A DNA stretch of 64,000 bases from Somniosus microcephalus (lineage: Eukaryota): positions 44,516,001 to 44,580,000 of the forward strand of contig JBMRGM010000040.1 of assembly GCA_052327205.1 (NCBI GenBank), read 5' to 3'. Under the pieces are notes generated by a model. The model saw nothing but the letters and a program-made list of their open reading frames with translations. It was not told the origin of the DNA and searched no databases. Both the position numbers and the translations under genes were made by a program. How positions within the stretch are numbered: position 1 is the stretch's first letter; each line of letters starts with the position of its first letter. Shown in pieces: positions 50,495-64,000 of this stretch.

Positions 50495-50790
50495 CTCTGA
50501 ATCACCAGGCCTGCCTACCACCACCTCCACAATATTGCCCGTCTCCACCCCGCATCAGCCCTTCTGCTGATGAACCCTCATCCATGCCTTTGTTGAATCC
50601 AGATTCGGCTATTCCAATGCTCTCCCGGCTAGCCGCGCAGGCACAAGACACCATGAGTTAAAGCTTGTCCAAGACTCAGCTGCCCATATCCTAACACACA
50701 TCATGTCCCGCTCACCCATCACTGCGTTGATCACTCTCCTACATTGTGTCTCATCCGGAAATGCCTCACTCTTAAAATTCTCCTCCTTAA
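50495..50790 (+). mobile_element. L2 ORF2 fragment
   Basis: NIARLHP...LIHAFVESRFGYSNAL-like relic. Overlaps in homology with the region starting at 28985. Confidence 0.7.
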
Positions 50791-51009
50791 GATCAAACCC
50801 CATCATACCCTCACCCCTCCAATTAGTCCCATTCCCCTGCTCCTTTCCCACATTCCTGCAAATTACTCCCGTACAAGTATTTGTCCAATTTCCCTTTTAA
50901 ATTTAAATTATTTCCCTCTGTACCTCTCCAGTCTTTCTGTCTCTATTTATATTTCTCTCTTTCTGTTTTTCTCGGTCTCTCTCCCTGTTCTCTGTATCTG
51001 TCTCTTGCA

Positions 51010-52640
51010 CATAGAGTCATAGAATGGTACAGTACAGAAGGAGGCCATTCGGTCATCGTGTCCGTGCCATCTCTTTGAATGAGCTATCTAATTTATACTA
51101 CTGTTTCACCAGTGCCCTGTAAACATGTCTCCAACAACTATGTATCCAATTCCCTTTCGAATGTTACTATTGAATCTGCTTACACCACGATCTCAAGCAG
51201 TGCATTCCAGATCACAGCAACTCACTGCATTAATAAAATTCTCCTCTACTCTCCTCTGGTTCTATTGCCAATTACCTTAAATCTGTGTCCTCTGGTTGCT
51301 CACCATTTTGCCTCTGGAAACAGTTTCAAGTTACTTACTCTATCAATACCCTTCATAATTTTGAGCTTCTATATTAAGTTTCCCCTTATATAAAAGGACA
51401 AAGATAGATCCGGTGAAAATGTCCTCGTCTGTGGGAAAGCTGATTGTACTAAGCTGAGATGTGGTTTAGGTAAGTGAACTGAAAATAGCTTCCTGAAGGG
51501 AAATCAGTGTCAAAGCAGTGGGAGGCTTTCAAAGAGGAGATAGTGAGGGTACAGACAATTACGTTCCCACAAAGAACAAGGATGGCACTCCCAAATCTAG
51601 AGCCCCCTGGATGTCAAAGAGCATACAGGCAGGATAAGGAAAAAAAGGGATGCTTTTATCAGTTACCGAGAGCTAAATACAAAAGAAAGCCTAGAGGAAT
51701 ATTGAAAGGGCAGGGGTGAAATTAAAAAAGAAATAAGGAAAGCAAAGATAGGGCATGATAAAATATTGGCAAATAAAATCAGGAGAAACCCAAAGATGTT
51801 TAATAAATACATAAAAGCAAGAGGATAACTAAGGTAAGATCTAGACAGACTAGATGCTGGAAGGATGTTCCCGATGGTCGGGGAGTCCAGAACCAGGGGT
51901 TACCATCTAATATAAGGGTTAAGCCATTTAGGGCAGAGATGAGGAGGAATTTCTTCACCCAGGGAGTGGTGTACCTGTGGAATTCTCTGCCAAAGAATGC
52001 AGTAGAGGCCAATTCATTAAATATATTCAAGAAAGAGTTGAAAATATTTCTTAAGGCCAAAGGGATCAATGGATATGGAGAGAAGGCAGGAAGAGGGTAC
52101 TGAATTTGTATGAGCAGCCATGATCTCATTGAATGGCGGAGCAGGCTCGAGGGGCCGAATGGCCTACTCCTGCTCTTATCTTCTATGTTTCTATGTTTCT
52201 ATGTTGAGCCTGATTCTCAGATGTATTCTTGACATGACATCTGTCATAGACACTCTTGTTCTGCTCCATCTTGCTCTCTATCTCTTAAGTCATCCAGGGA
52301 GTTCTGACTTAGCTCCCCTACCTTTCCTCCTAGTGGGAATATACCTCGACTGTACTCGAACTATTTTCTTTGTAAAGGCAGCCCATTGTTCCATTACAGG
52401 TTTGCCTGCCAATCTTTGACTCCAATTTACCCGGGCCAGCTCCGTTCTCATCTCACTGAAAATGGCCTTCCTGCAATTAAATATTTTTACTCTACATTGT
52501 TCCCATTCCTTTTCCATAGCTAATCTAACCCTTATGATATTTTGATCACTTTTCGCTAAATATTCACCTACTGACACTTGCTCCATGTGACCTACTTCAT
52601 TCCCGATAACCAGATCCAGCAATGCCTCCTTCCTTACATA
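51010..52640. mobile_element. Mosaic of CR1 fragments on both strands, including a 3' fragment at about 51836-52205
   Basis: CR1 tails (catagagtcataga; ctatgtttctatgttt) and an endonuclease relic ALLDLVIGNEVG...SDQN. Confidence 0.8.
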
Positions 52641-52644
52641 GGAT

Positions 52645-55600
52645 GACATAGGATTTCATAGGATATATGGCACAGAAAGAAGCCATTCGGCCCAACCAAT
52701 CCATGCCAACTTTTATGCTTTATTGGAGCCTCCTCCGTCTTTCCTCATCTAACTCTAGCAGCATAACCCTCTAATCCATTCTCCCTCATATGCTTGTCCA
52801 GCCTCCCCTTAATGCGTCTATACCTTTCAATTCAACCACTCACTGTGGTAGCGGGTTCCACATTCTCACAACTATCTGGGTAAAGACATTTCTTCTGAAT
52901 TCCCATTTGGATTACTTGGTGACTATCTTATATTGATGGCCTCTAGTTATGCTCTTCCCCACAAGTTGGAAACATTCTCTTTGTATCCACTCTATCAAAA
53001 CCTTTCATAATTTTAACCACCTCTATTAGGTCACCCCTCAGCTTTTTTTCAAGAAAAATGAGACCCAGTCTGTTCATCCTTTCCTGATGTCCAAACCCTA
53101 GCATTTGTGGAATCATCCTTGTTAATCTTCTCTGCACTCTCTCCAGTGCCTCAAATCCTTATTTATAATATGGCGACCAGAACTGCACACTGTACTGCAA
53201 GTGTGGATTAATCATTGTTCGATACAGGTTTAGCATAACTTCCCTACTTTTCAATTCTATTAATCTAGAAATAACCCCTAGTGCTTGGTTTGCCTTTAAA
53301 ATGCCTTGCTAACCTATGCCGCAACTTCTGGTGATTTGTCTATTTGTATTCCGTGATTCCTTTGCTTCTCTACCCCACCTAGACTCGAATCTTCCAAGTG
53401 ATAAGTGACCTCTCTGTGCTCCTAACAAAACGTAATAACTCACATTTATCTCTGTTGAACTTCATTTCCCAATTATTTGCCCATTTTGCAGTCCTCCTCA
53501 GTATTCAATAACCGCCCCCCCCCCACTAATTTGGTGCCATCCGCAAAATTTGAAATTCTGTTTTTGATTCCAAATTCGGAATCTTTAATTTAGTGAACAA
53601 CAATGTTCCCAGCACTGATCCTTGTGGAACATCACTGCCCTCCCACCTTCTGCCACTTTGAAAAGCTACCCTATACTCCCACTCTCTGCTTTCTGTCTTG
53701 ACGCGAACTAGCAAATCATTTTGCTACTTGGCCCTTGACTCAGCATTCTCTGACGTTATTCATTCGTCTTTTATGGGATACCTTATCGAAGGCCTTTTGA
53801 AAATCCAGATAACTTACATCTACTGCATTACCATTGTCTACTCTCTCTGTTACCACTTCAAAAAATTCAATAATGTTGGTCAAGCAAGATTTTCCATTTT
53901 GAAATCCATGCTGACTATTCTTTATTGTACTTTTCGTTGATGATTTTCTTCTATTCTCTCCTTTAGTGGGGATTCCATTGTTTTTCCTACCACTGATGTT
54001 AAGTTACCTGGTCTATTATTCCCTGGAAACGTTCTATCCCACTTCTTAAGTATACATATCACGTTAGCTTTCCGCCAGTCCTCTGGAACTGCACCTTTAG
54101 CTAACGAATTATTAAATATGTGTAGTACTGCCTCTGGATATCTCTTCCCTAGATTCGTTTAAAATGCGTGGATGCAGTCCATCCAGACCAGGGGTTTTAT
54201 ACTCTGTGAGTTTGATTAATTCATTTAATATCTCCCCTTTTTATTTTAAATGCACTTATCTCATTGCTCATCTCAAAAACAAAGTCATTTCCACCGGTTC
54301 TATCTCACTGGTAAATACCGAAGTGAAATCATGATTTAATATTTCTGCCATCTCTCTATCATTACCTGTGGCATTGTCCTGCCCATCCATTAATGACCCT
54401 ATTCCCATCCCAAACGTCATTCTTTTTATTGATGAGCCTCTAAAATATTTTACACTGTTGTTTTATGTTCCTTGATCATTTAATGCCATAGGTCCTCCTT
54501 TGCCTTCCTAATTGATTTTTTTGACTTCCCTCCTAATCCTTTCGAATGATCTCTTATCATGCACTCCTCGTTGGGCCAGAAATATACCGATCAAGAAAGT
54601 TCTCCTGAACACACTTCAGAAATTCTTCCCCCTCTCTGCCCTTTACACTATTACTATCCCAGTCTACATTAGGTTAGTGGAAGTCCCTCATTATCACGAC
54701 TCTATAGTTCTTGCATCTCTCTTTAATTTCTCTGCAAACTTGCTCCTCCATATTCTTCCCACGCGTTTGTGGTCTATAGAATACAACGAGTAGTGTAATG
54801 GCACCTCTATTATTTCTTAACTCTAGCCATATAGATTCTGTTGTTGACCCCTCCAGGACATCCTCTCTGTCTATCATTGTAACATTCTCCTTAATCAATA
54901 TTTTTCCTTCCCTATCTTACAGGAACAACTTATATCCAGGAAATTTAATATACCATGCTGTACTTTTTTGAGCTAGGTTTCCGTTATTGCCACAATATCA
55001 TGTTCTCAGGTGGTTATTTGAACCTGCGGCTCCCGAACCGTGTTTACTGTGCTTGGTGTTTGCACACACTGTAAACCGATCTTAGAACATCCTGTTCTCT
55101 CGTAGTCTGAGTGCACATAATACCTTGTTATTTCTTATTCAGTGCTAACCGTCTCTCCCAATACAGTGCGCCTTTCTTTTCTTCTTTCTAATGTAGCATC
55201 CTGGTGCCCATCTCCCTACCAACTTAGTTTAATCCCTCCCCAACAGCACTCGCAAACCTCCCTGTAAGGATATTGGTACTGGTTCTTTTGAGGTGCAACC
55301 AGTCCAGTCTGTACAGGTCCCATCTCCCCCAGAACCTGCCCAAATGCCCCAGAAACCTAAAGCCCTCCCTCTTGCACCATTTCACCAGCCATGCTTTCAT
55401 CCACTCTATCCTCCTATTTCTATAGTCACTCGCATGTGGAACGCGGAGTAATTCAGTGATTACTACCTTTGAGGCCCTGCTTTATAATCATTTCCCGAGC
55501 TCCCGAATATTTCCTGCAGGACCTCATCCCTCTTTCTACCTATGTTGTTGCGACCAATATGAACCACGACCTCTGGTTGTTCACCTTCCCACCTCGGAAT

Positions 55601-56170
55601 GTTCCGCAGGCGCTCAGTGACAACCTTAATCCTGGCACCAGAGAAGCAACATACCATCCTGGAGTCACGTCTGCGACCGCAGTAACGCCAGTCTGCCTGC
55701 CTAACTATCCCCTACCACTATTGCTTTCCTGAACGTCCTCCGCCCCCCTGTACAGCTGAGTCACCCTTGGTGCCATGGACATTGCTCTGGCTGTACTCGC
55801 CAGAGGAACCATCATCCTCACCAGTACTCGGAACACAATACTGGTTGGAGAACGAAATGCAATCAGGGGATTCCTGCACTACTTGCCTGATCCTCCTCTT
55901 CTGTGTGGCGGCCACCCATTCCCTTTCAGCCTGCACACTCTTAAGCGGAGGGGTAACCACCTCCTAAAACGTGCTATCCACGTAACTCTCAGACTCACGG
56001 ATGCAACGCAGTGACGCCAGTTGCTGCTCAAGCTCCTAACCCTGGAACTCGAGCTCTTCCAGCTGACGACACTTCCTTCACATGTGATTGTCTAGCACAC
56101 GGGAAGCATCCTGGAGTTCCCACTTATCAGAGGGTCTGCATTCCGCTGGACTGAGCTGCCCTGCCATGCC
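52645..56170 (-). mobile_element. Near full-length decayed CR1 (ORF1 and ORF2, internally deleted)
   Basis: ORF1 start MAGQLSPAEC at 56167 and esterase-like VCCFSGARI...PEVVVHIG.NNIG. ORF2 relics ESIWLEL, VPQGSVLG and QRRLTRMIP. 3' tail near 52645. Confidence 0.88.
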
Positions 56171-56664
56171 TTTATGTATTCGATTTTTAATTAACTTTAC
56201 AGAAAATTAAGTCTAGGATGTATCTAATTCAAGTTATTAATATAATATAATTTTAAAAGTTGCTAACATAATAAATTATTGAAAGTTACACACGCTTTTT
56301 ATGAGACAGGACCGGTCACACAGGCTTATTTAACAGACAGGACCAGTCCCACATGCTTTTTAAAGAGACAAAACTCTGAAAACAAAAGTGCCTAGAAATT
56401 CCACTCAGGCAGTGACAGGCAGTATCTGATTCAAAATTCGGATTGGAAGTTCTCGGCCCTCATATTTGTCCATGCAGATTATAAGTCAATTAATGTTCGT
56501 TCACAGATTCTAATCTTGTCCTGAATATGACCCGTTAGAACCTGCTTATTTTGCAGATACTTACTTTTAATATGTGTAAATTTCCTTAATATTGGGAAAT
56601 GTTTAATAACTTGATTAGAATTAGTAGGGTCTTGCCAACAAGTCTTCCCTGTCTCTACAGATAG

Positions 56665-56892
56665 TGATCGTTAACAATCTTGACTTGGGCATTGTAGATG
56701 TTGGAGATCGTTTGGGGAGTCACGAGGTGAGTTACTCACTGCAGAATATCCAGCCTCTGACCTGCTGTAGTAGCCACGGCATTTATGTGGCTGGTCCAGT
56801 GAGTCTCTGAAAAATGGCGAGCCTGGGATTTTGATGGTGGAGGACTCAGTGATGGAAATGCCGTTGAGTGTGAAGTGGAGGAGTTCAGAGTC
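56665..56892 (-). mobile_element. LINE fragment of the same family as 1790-2985
   Basis: NGISITESSTIKI and WTSHINAVATTAGQRL relics. Confidence 0.7.
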
Positions 56893-57224
56893 CATCTTCT
56901 GATCTTTGGCCAAATGTGTGGAGCGAATTTACCAAATGACACCAGGGAGATGAGAGAAGCTGGCAATGTTTTCCTTGAAGAAGTGAAGCTTCAGCGGAGT
57001 TTAATAGAACTGTTTATAAAGATAAGGGGTTTTGATACAGTAAGCATGGAGAAACTGTTTCCACGACTTGCCTTGTCATTACCAAAGAACACAGATATAA
57101 GATAATTGGTAATAGAAATGGTGGGGGGGGGGAGCTGAGAGGAGGAGAACTTTGGTCACACAGTGAGCTTTTATGATCTAGCATGAACTCTGGGAAATTT
57201 TGGTGGAAGCAGCTTCAGTCGGAT

Positions 57225-59223
57225 CAGGTTCAAAGCGTTGAGTCAGAAGCCCCACTCCCGCGACTTGAGTACACAAATCCGGTCTAACAATTCAGTGCAG
57301 CACTGAGGGATCGCTGCAGTGTTGGAGGGGTAGTACTGAGGGATTGCTGAACTATCGGAGGGGCAGTAATAAGGGAGCGCTGCACTGTCAGAGGGGCAGT
57401 ACTGAAGGAGCACTGCACAGTAGCAGGGGCAGTACTGAGGGAGCGCTGCATTGCTGGAGGGACTGTACTGAGGGATCGCTGCACTGTCGGATGGGGCAGT
57501 ACTGAGGGAGCGCCGCACTGTAGGAGGGGAAGTACTGAGGGATCGCTGCATTGTCGGAGGGGCAGTACTGAGTGATCGCTGCACTGTCGGAGGGGCAGTA
57601 CTGTGGGATCGCTGCACTGTCGGAGGGGCAGTACTGAGGGATCGCTGCACTGTCGGAGGGGCAGTACTGAGCGATCGCTGCAGTGTCGGAGGGACTGAAC
57701 TGACGGATCGCTGCAGTGTTGGAGGGGCAATACTGAGGAATCGCTGCCGTGTTGGAGGGGCAGAACTGAGGGATCACTGCACTGTCGGAGGCGCAGTACT
57801 GAGTGAGCACTGCACTGTTGGAGGGGCAGTACTGAGGGATCGCTGCACTGTCGGAGGGGCAGTACTGAGTGATTGCGGCACTGTCAGGAGCAGTAATGAT
57901 GGTTCACTGCACTGTCTGAGGGGCAGTACTGAGCGATCGCTGCACTGTCGGAGGGGCAGTACTGAGGGATCGCTTCTCTGTAAGGGGGACAGAACTGAGG
58001 GATCGCTGCAGTGTTGGAGGGGCAGTTCTGAGGGATCGCTTCCGTGTTGGTGGGGCAGAACTGAGGGATCACTGCACTGTCGGATGGGCAGTACTGAGGG
58101 ATCTCTGCACTATCGGACGGGCAGTACTGAGGGAGCACTGCTCTGTCAGAGGGGCAGTACTGAGGGAGGGCTGCACTGTTGGAGACGCAGCACTGAGGGA
58201 TCGCTGCACTGTCAGAGGGGCAGTACTGAGGGAGTGCCGCCCTGTCGCAGCGGCAGTACAGAAGGAGCGCTGCACTGTTGGAGGGGCTGTACTGAGAGAT
58301 CGCTGCAGTGTTGGAGGGGCAGTACTGAGGGAGTGCTGCACTTTCGGAGGGTCAGTACCGATGGAGAGCCGCACTTTCCAAGGGTCAGTACTGTGGTAGC
58401 GCTGCACTGTCAGTGGGGCAGTACTGGGGGAGAGCCGCATTGTCCGAGGGGCTGTACTGAGGTAGCGCTACACTGTCGGAGGGGCAGTACTGAGGGAGCA
58501 CTGCAGTGTCCGAGTGGCAGTACTGCAGGAGCGCTAGCCTGTCTGAGGGCCTGTACTGAGTGAGTGCTCCATTGTCGGAGGGTTAGTACTGAGGGAGCGC
58601 TGCACTATCGGAGGGGCAGCACTGAGCGAGCGCAACAGTGTTGGGTGGATGTACTGATTGAATGCAGCACTGTTGGTGGGAAGGTACTGAAGGTGTGCCG
58701 CACTGTCAGAGTGGCAGCATAGAGGTAGCGCTGCACTGTCGGAGGGGCAGTACTGAGGGAGAGCTTCACTGTCGGAGGGGCAGCACTGAGGGATTGCTGC
58801 AGCGTTGGAGGGGCAGTACTGAGGGAGCACTGCACTGTCAGAGGTTCAGTACTGAGTGAGTGCAGCACTGTCAGAGGGTCAGTACTGAGGGATCGCTTCA
58901 GTGTTGGAAGGGCCGCCTTTTAAACCAAGACCTATTCTGGTCTCTAATCTGGATGTAGAAGATCCCATGACCCAATTCGAAGAAGAGCAGCGGAGTTGTC
59001 CCCAGGTTTCTGGCCATTATTTATCTTAATAAATATCACTAAAGGTGAAGATCTGGCCATTATTACATTGCTGTTTGCGGGAGCTTGCTGTGCCCAGATT
59101 GGCTGCCACATTTCCTACATTATAACAGTGACTACACTACAAAAGTACTTCATTGGCTGTAACGCACTATGGGACATCCCAATTTCGTGAAAAGCGCTGT
59201 ATGATTGCAAGTGTTTCTTTCTT
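57225..59223 (+). mobile_element. Deu-domain SINE with an internally expanded tandem array
   Basis: 5' part cccactcccgcgacttgag.acacaaatc.gg. 3' part gatcccatg...ttcgaagaagagcag...aagcgctgtatga.tgcaag matches 44485-44911. Confidence 0.8.
57297..58912. repeat. 33-bp minisatellite GCAGTACTGAGGGATCGCTGCACTGTCGGAGGG, about 49 copies
   Basis: Direct tandem repeats, with 11-aa periodicity in the ORF track. Confidence 0.95.
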
Positions 59224-59304
59224 AACTGTATCTTTCAAAAGGTAATTGGACATATACTAGAAAAGGTGAGATTGTTACGGCTATGGGGAAACAACTCAAC
59301 TGTT

Positions 59305-60840
59305 TATTACCAATTGGTAAAAGGGGAACAACTATAATATCAGAGAAAACTACCAAGAAATATAAAAGCAGATTTACATTCTACAAGTATGTAAGAAGGG
59401 AAAGTGTGGCAAAAGTAAACGTTTGTCCCTTATAGGCTGAGACAGGAGAAATGATTATGTGGAATAAGGAAATTGAAGAAACGTTAAGCAAATATTTTCT
59501 ACCTGTTTTCACAGCAGAAGACACAAAAAGCATACAAAAATGGTGGGGAACCAAGGGTCTAATAAGGGTAAGGAACTTAACGTCATTAATATAAGTAGAG
59601 AAAAAGTACTAGAGAAATAATGGGTCAAAAAGTCGATAAAGCCCCGGAACCTGACGGTCTGCACCATAGGGTTCTAAAAGAGGCTGCTGAAGAGATAATG
59701 GATGCATTGGTTTTGTTCTTCCAAAATCCCCAAAATCTGGCATGGTGCCAGCGGATTGGAGGGTCGCAAATGTAACACCACTATTCAAGAAAGGAGGGAG
59801 AGAAAAACAGGGGAAACAGAGGCCAGTTAGCCTTACATCAGTCTCCGGTAAAATGCTGGAATCCATTGTTAAGGAAGTGTTCTCAAGTCACTTAGAAAAT
59901 CATAACAAGATTCGGGATAGTCAATATGGTTTTCTCAACGGGAAATCATGCTTGACAAATTTAATAGAGTTTTTTGAGGATGTTGTATATCTGTATTTCC
60001 AATAGGCATTCGATAAAGTGCCACGTAAAAGGCTATTACACAAGATTAGGGCTCATGGGGTTGGGGGTAATATAATAGCATCGATAGAGGATTGATTAAG
60101 AGAGAGAAAACAGATAGTAAGGATAAACGGATCTTTTTCAGGTTTGCAGGTTGCAACTAGTGGGGCGCCGCAAGGATCAGTGTTGGGGCCGTAGATTTTA
60201 CAATCTATATTAATGACCTAGATGAAGTGACCGAGTGTAATGTATCCAAGTTTGCAGATGATACAAAGATAGGTTGGACAGTAAGCTGTGAGGAGAACAC
60301 AAAGAGTCTTCAGAGCTATAGAGATAGGTTATGTGAGTGGGCAGTAAGGGGGCAGATGGAGTATAATGTAGGGAAATGAGATGTTATTCACTTTGGTAGG
60401 AAGAATAGAAAAACAGAATATTTTTTAAAAGGTGAGAACGTTTCAAATGTTGATGTTCACAGAGAGTTGGGTGCCCTCGTGAAGGAAACACAGAAAGCTA
60501 GCATGCAGGTAAGGCTAGCAATAAGGAAGGCAAATTGCATTTTGGACTTTGTTGCAAGTGGGTTCGAATATCAGTGTAAGGAAGTTTTGCTATAATTGTA
60601 CACGGCCCTGGTGAGATCACACCTGGAGTACGGTGCACAATTCTCGTCTCCTTATCTAAGGAAAGATGTACTTGCCTTGGAGGCGATGCAGCGGAGGTTC
60701 ACTAAATTGATTGCTGGGACGAGCGGGATGCCCTATGATGAGTGATTGTTTAGAATGGGACTACACGCTCTGGAATTTAGAAGAATGAGAGATGATCTCA
60801 TTGAAACATACAACATGCTGAGGGGGATTAACAGGGCAGA
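59305..60840 (+). mobile_element. Decayed CR1 ORF2 whose 3' end runs into a tandem array
   Basis: VPADWRVANVTPLFKKG, KSCLTNLIEFFE and SKFADDTK; ends at LIETYNMLRG. Confidence 0.9.
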
Positions 60841-63800
60841 TCCGGAGGGGGATTGACAGGGTAGATACTGAAGGGCATTGAAAGGGTAGATGCAGATGGA
60901 GATTAACAGGGTAAATGCGTAGGGGGATTGACAGGGTAGATACAGAGGGGGATTGACAGGGTTGGTTCTGAAGTAGATTGATTTGGTAAATGCTGAGGGG
61001 GGTTGACAGGGTAGATGCTGAGGCGTAGTATCAGGGCAGATTCTGAGGGATATTGGCAGGGCAGATTCTGAGGGGGATTGACAGGTTAAATGCTGAGGGG
61101 GATTGACAGGGTAGATTCTGAACGGGATTGACAGGGTAGATTCTGATGGGGATTGACAGGGTAGATTCTGAGGGGGTTTGTCAGGATAGATGCTGAAGGG
61201 GATTGACAGGTTAGATGCTCAGGGAGATTGACTGGGTAGATGCTGAGGGTGATTGACAGGGTAGATGCTGAGGGAGTTTGACAGGGCAGATTCCGGGTGT
61301 AATTGACAGGGCAGATGCGGAGGGGGATTGACAGGCTAGATTCTGAGAGGGATTGACAGGGTAGATTCTGAGGGGGATTGACAGGGTAGATTCTGAGGTG
61401 GATTGACAGGGTAGATGCTGAAGGGGATTGACAGGGTAGATGCTGAGGTGGATTGACAGGGTAGATGCAGAAGGGGATTGACAGGGCACATGCTGAGGTG
61501 GATTGACAGGGTTGATGCTGAGGTGGATTGACAGGGCAGATGCTGATGAGGATTTACAGGGCAGATTCTGAGGCGGATTGACAGGGTAGAAGCTGAGAGG
61601 GATTGACAGGGCAGATTCTGAGTGGGATTGACAGGGCAGATTCTGAGTGGGTTTGACAGGGTAGATTCTGAGGGGGATTTACAGGGTAGATGCTGAGTGG
61701 GATTGACAGGGCAGATGCTGAGGGGGATTGACAGGTTAGATTCTCAGGAAGATTGAGAAGGTAGATCATGAGGGGGATTGACAGGCAAATGCTGAAGGGG
61801 ATTGACAGGTTATATACTGAGGGGGATTGACAGGGTAGATGTTGAGGGAGGTTGGCAGGGCAGATTCTGAGGGGGATTCACAGGCAGATGCTGATGGGGA
61901 TTGACAGGTTAGATGCTGAGGGGGATTGACAGTTCAGATGCTGATGGGGATTGACAGGGTAGATGCTGAGCGGGATTGACAGGGTGGATTCTGAAAGGGA
62001 TTGACAGGGTAGATGCTGAGGTGGATTGGCAGGGTAGATTCTGAGGGGGATTGACAGGCAGATGCTGAAAGGGATTGACAGGGTAGACGCTGAGGGGGAT
62101 TGACAGGTCAAATGCTGATGGGGATTGGCAGGGCAGATGCTGAGTGGGATTGACAGGGTAGATTCTGAGGGGGATTGACAGGGTAGATTCTGAGTGGGAT
62201 TGACAGGGCACATGCTGATGTGGATTGACAGGTTAGATGCTCAGGGAGATTGAAAGGGTAGATTATGAGGGGGCTTGACAGGCAGATGCTGAAGGGGATT
62301 GACACTGCGGATTATGAGGGGTGTTGACAAGCAGATGTTCTGAAGGGTATTTTCAGGTTCAATTCTGAGGGGATTTGACAGGGTAGATGCTGAGGGGGTT
62401 TGACAGGGTAGATTCTCAGGGGTATATTCAGGATAGCTTTTGAAGTGGATTGACAGGGTAGGAGCTGAGCGTGATTGACAGGGTAGATGCTCAGGGGCAA
62501 TGATAGGTTAGATTCTGAGGGCGATTGAAAGGGCAGATGCTGATGGGTATTGACAGGGTAGATTCTCAGGGGGATTGAGAGGGTAGATGCTGAGGGGTAG
62601 TTTCAGGTTAGATTCTGAGGGCGATTGACAGGTTAGGAGCTGAGGGGAATTGGCAGGGCAGATGTGAAGGCGGATTAACAGGGCAGATTTTGATGTCGTT
62701 TGAAAGGTAGGTTCTGAGGGGATTGACTGGGTTAATTCTGAGGGGGATTGACAGGGTAGATGTGGAGAGGGATTGACAGGGTAGATTCTGAGGTGGATTG
62801 ACAGGGTAGATGTGGAGAGGCATTGACAGGGCAGATTCTGAGTTCGTTTGACTGGGTAGATTCTGAGGGGATTGAAAGTGTAGATTCTGAGGGGGATTGA
62901 AAGGGGAAATGCTGAGAGGAATTGACAGGGTAGATTCTGAGGGGGTTTGACAGGGTAGATGCTGGGGTTGTGACAGGGTAGATGCTGGGGGTGTTTACAG
63001 CTTAGATGCTGAGGGGGATTGCCAGAGTAGATTCTGAGGGGGATTGACAGGGTAGACGCTGAGGGTTATTGACAGGGCAGATTCTGAGGTACACTGGCAG
63101 GGCAGACGCTGAGGGGGATTGACAGGGTAGATTCTGATGGGGATTGACAGGGTAGATGCTGGGGAGGATTGACAGGGCAGGTACTGAGGGGGCTTGACCG
63201 GGCAGATGCTGAGGGAGATTAAAAGGGCTGATTCTGAGGGTGCTTGACAGGGTAGCTGCTGAGGAGGATTGACAGGGCAGATTCTTTGGTGATTGACAGG
63301 ATATGTGATGTAGGAGATTGACAGGGTAGATGCGGAAGGTAACTGACAGTGTAGATGCTGAGGGGGTTGACAGGGTAAATGTTGAGGGGGATTGACAGGC
63401 TAGATGCGGAGGGGGATTGACAGGGCAGATGCTAAAGGGGATTGACAGGGTAGATGCTGAGGGCGATTGACAGGTTAAATGCTGAGGGGGATTGACAGGG
63501 CAGATGCTGAGGAGTTTGACAGAGTAGATCCTGAGGGGCATTGAAAGGGCAGATGCGGAGGGGGATTGACGGGGTAGATTCTGAGGGGATTGGCAGGGCA
63601 GATGCTGAGGGGATTGACAGGGTAGATTCTGAGGGGGATTGACAGGTAGATTCTGAGGGGATTGACAGGGCAGATGCTGAGGGGATTGAGAGGTAGATTC
63701 TGAGGGGGATTGACAGGGTTGATTCTGAGGGAGATTGACAGGGTAGATGCGGAGAGGGATTGAAAGCTTAGATTCTGAGGGGGATTGACAAGGTAGATGC

Positions 63801-64000
63801 TGTGGGGCATTGACAAGGCAGATTCAGAGGCGTTTTGACAGGATAGATTCTGAGGTGGATTGACAGGATACATTCTGAGGGGGAATGACAGGGTAGATTC
63901 TGAGGGGGATTGTCAGTGTAGATGCTGTCTGTGATTGGCAGAGTATGCTGTCTGAGATTGACAGAGTAGATGCTGTCTGGGATGGACAGAATAGATTCTG
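60817..64000. repeat. 25-bp minisatellite GCTGAGGGGGATTGACAGGGTAGAT, continuing to the window end
   Basis: Direct tandem repeats. The unit equals the CR1 ORF2 segment encoding LRG.DRVD. Confidence 0.95.

Noticed and set aside
57243-63873. Repetitive ORFs (QYCPSDSAAIP; LPCQSPSASTLSIP) resembling mucin or keratin-associated proteins
   Set aside because: They derive from SINE- and CR1-born minisatellites, have scattered stops and frame changes, and lack gene structure.

Overview
Eukaryotic, repeat-dominated vertebrate DNA, most likely from a cartilaginous fish (shark), judged by the CR1 LINE dominance, HE1-like V-SINEs, Deu-domain SINEs and L2 relics. I recognise no cellular protein-coding gene; nearly all long ORFs are retroelement pol/ORF2 or translations of tandem repeats. 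Main contents: (1) a decayed Gypsy LTR retrotransposon split by a young CR1 with a target-site duplication (TSD); (2) a stop-free 2.7-kb CR1 ORF2; (3) a ~20-kb 38-bp satellite with irregular higher-order structure, carrying a solo LTR, a SINE and a MITE, each with a TSD; (4) several minisatellites, some grown in place from sub-segments of their host retroelements (Deu-SINE, CR1 ORF2, Penelope-like terminal repeat); (5) an inverted pair of Penelope-like termini with minimal hammerhead-ribozyme motifs; (6) a diverged duplicate about 35 kb apart carrying a TATA/ATG/splice-donor-like cassette that may mark an unannotated small gene. All family names come from motif recognition, not database searches. 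Boundaries without a TSD are approximate.
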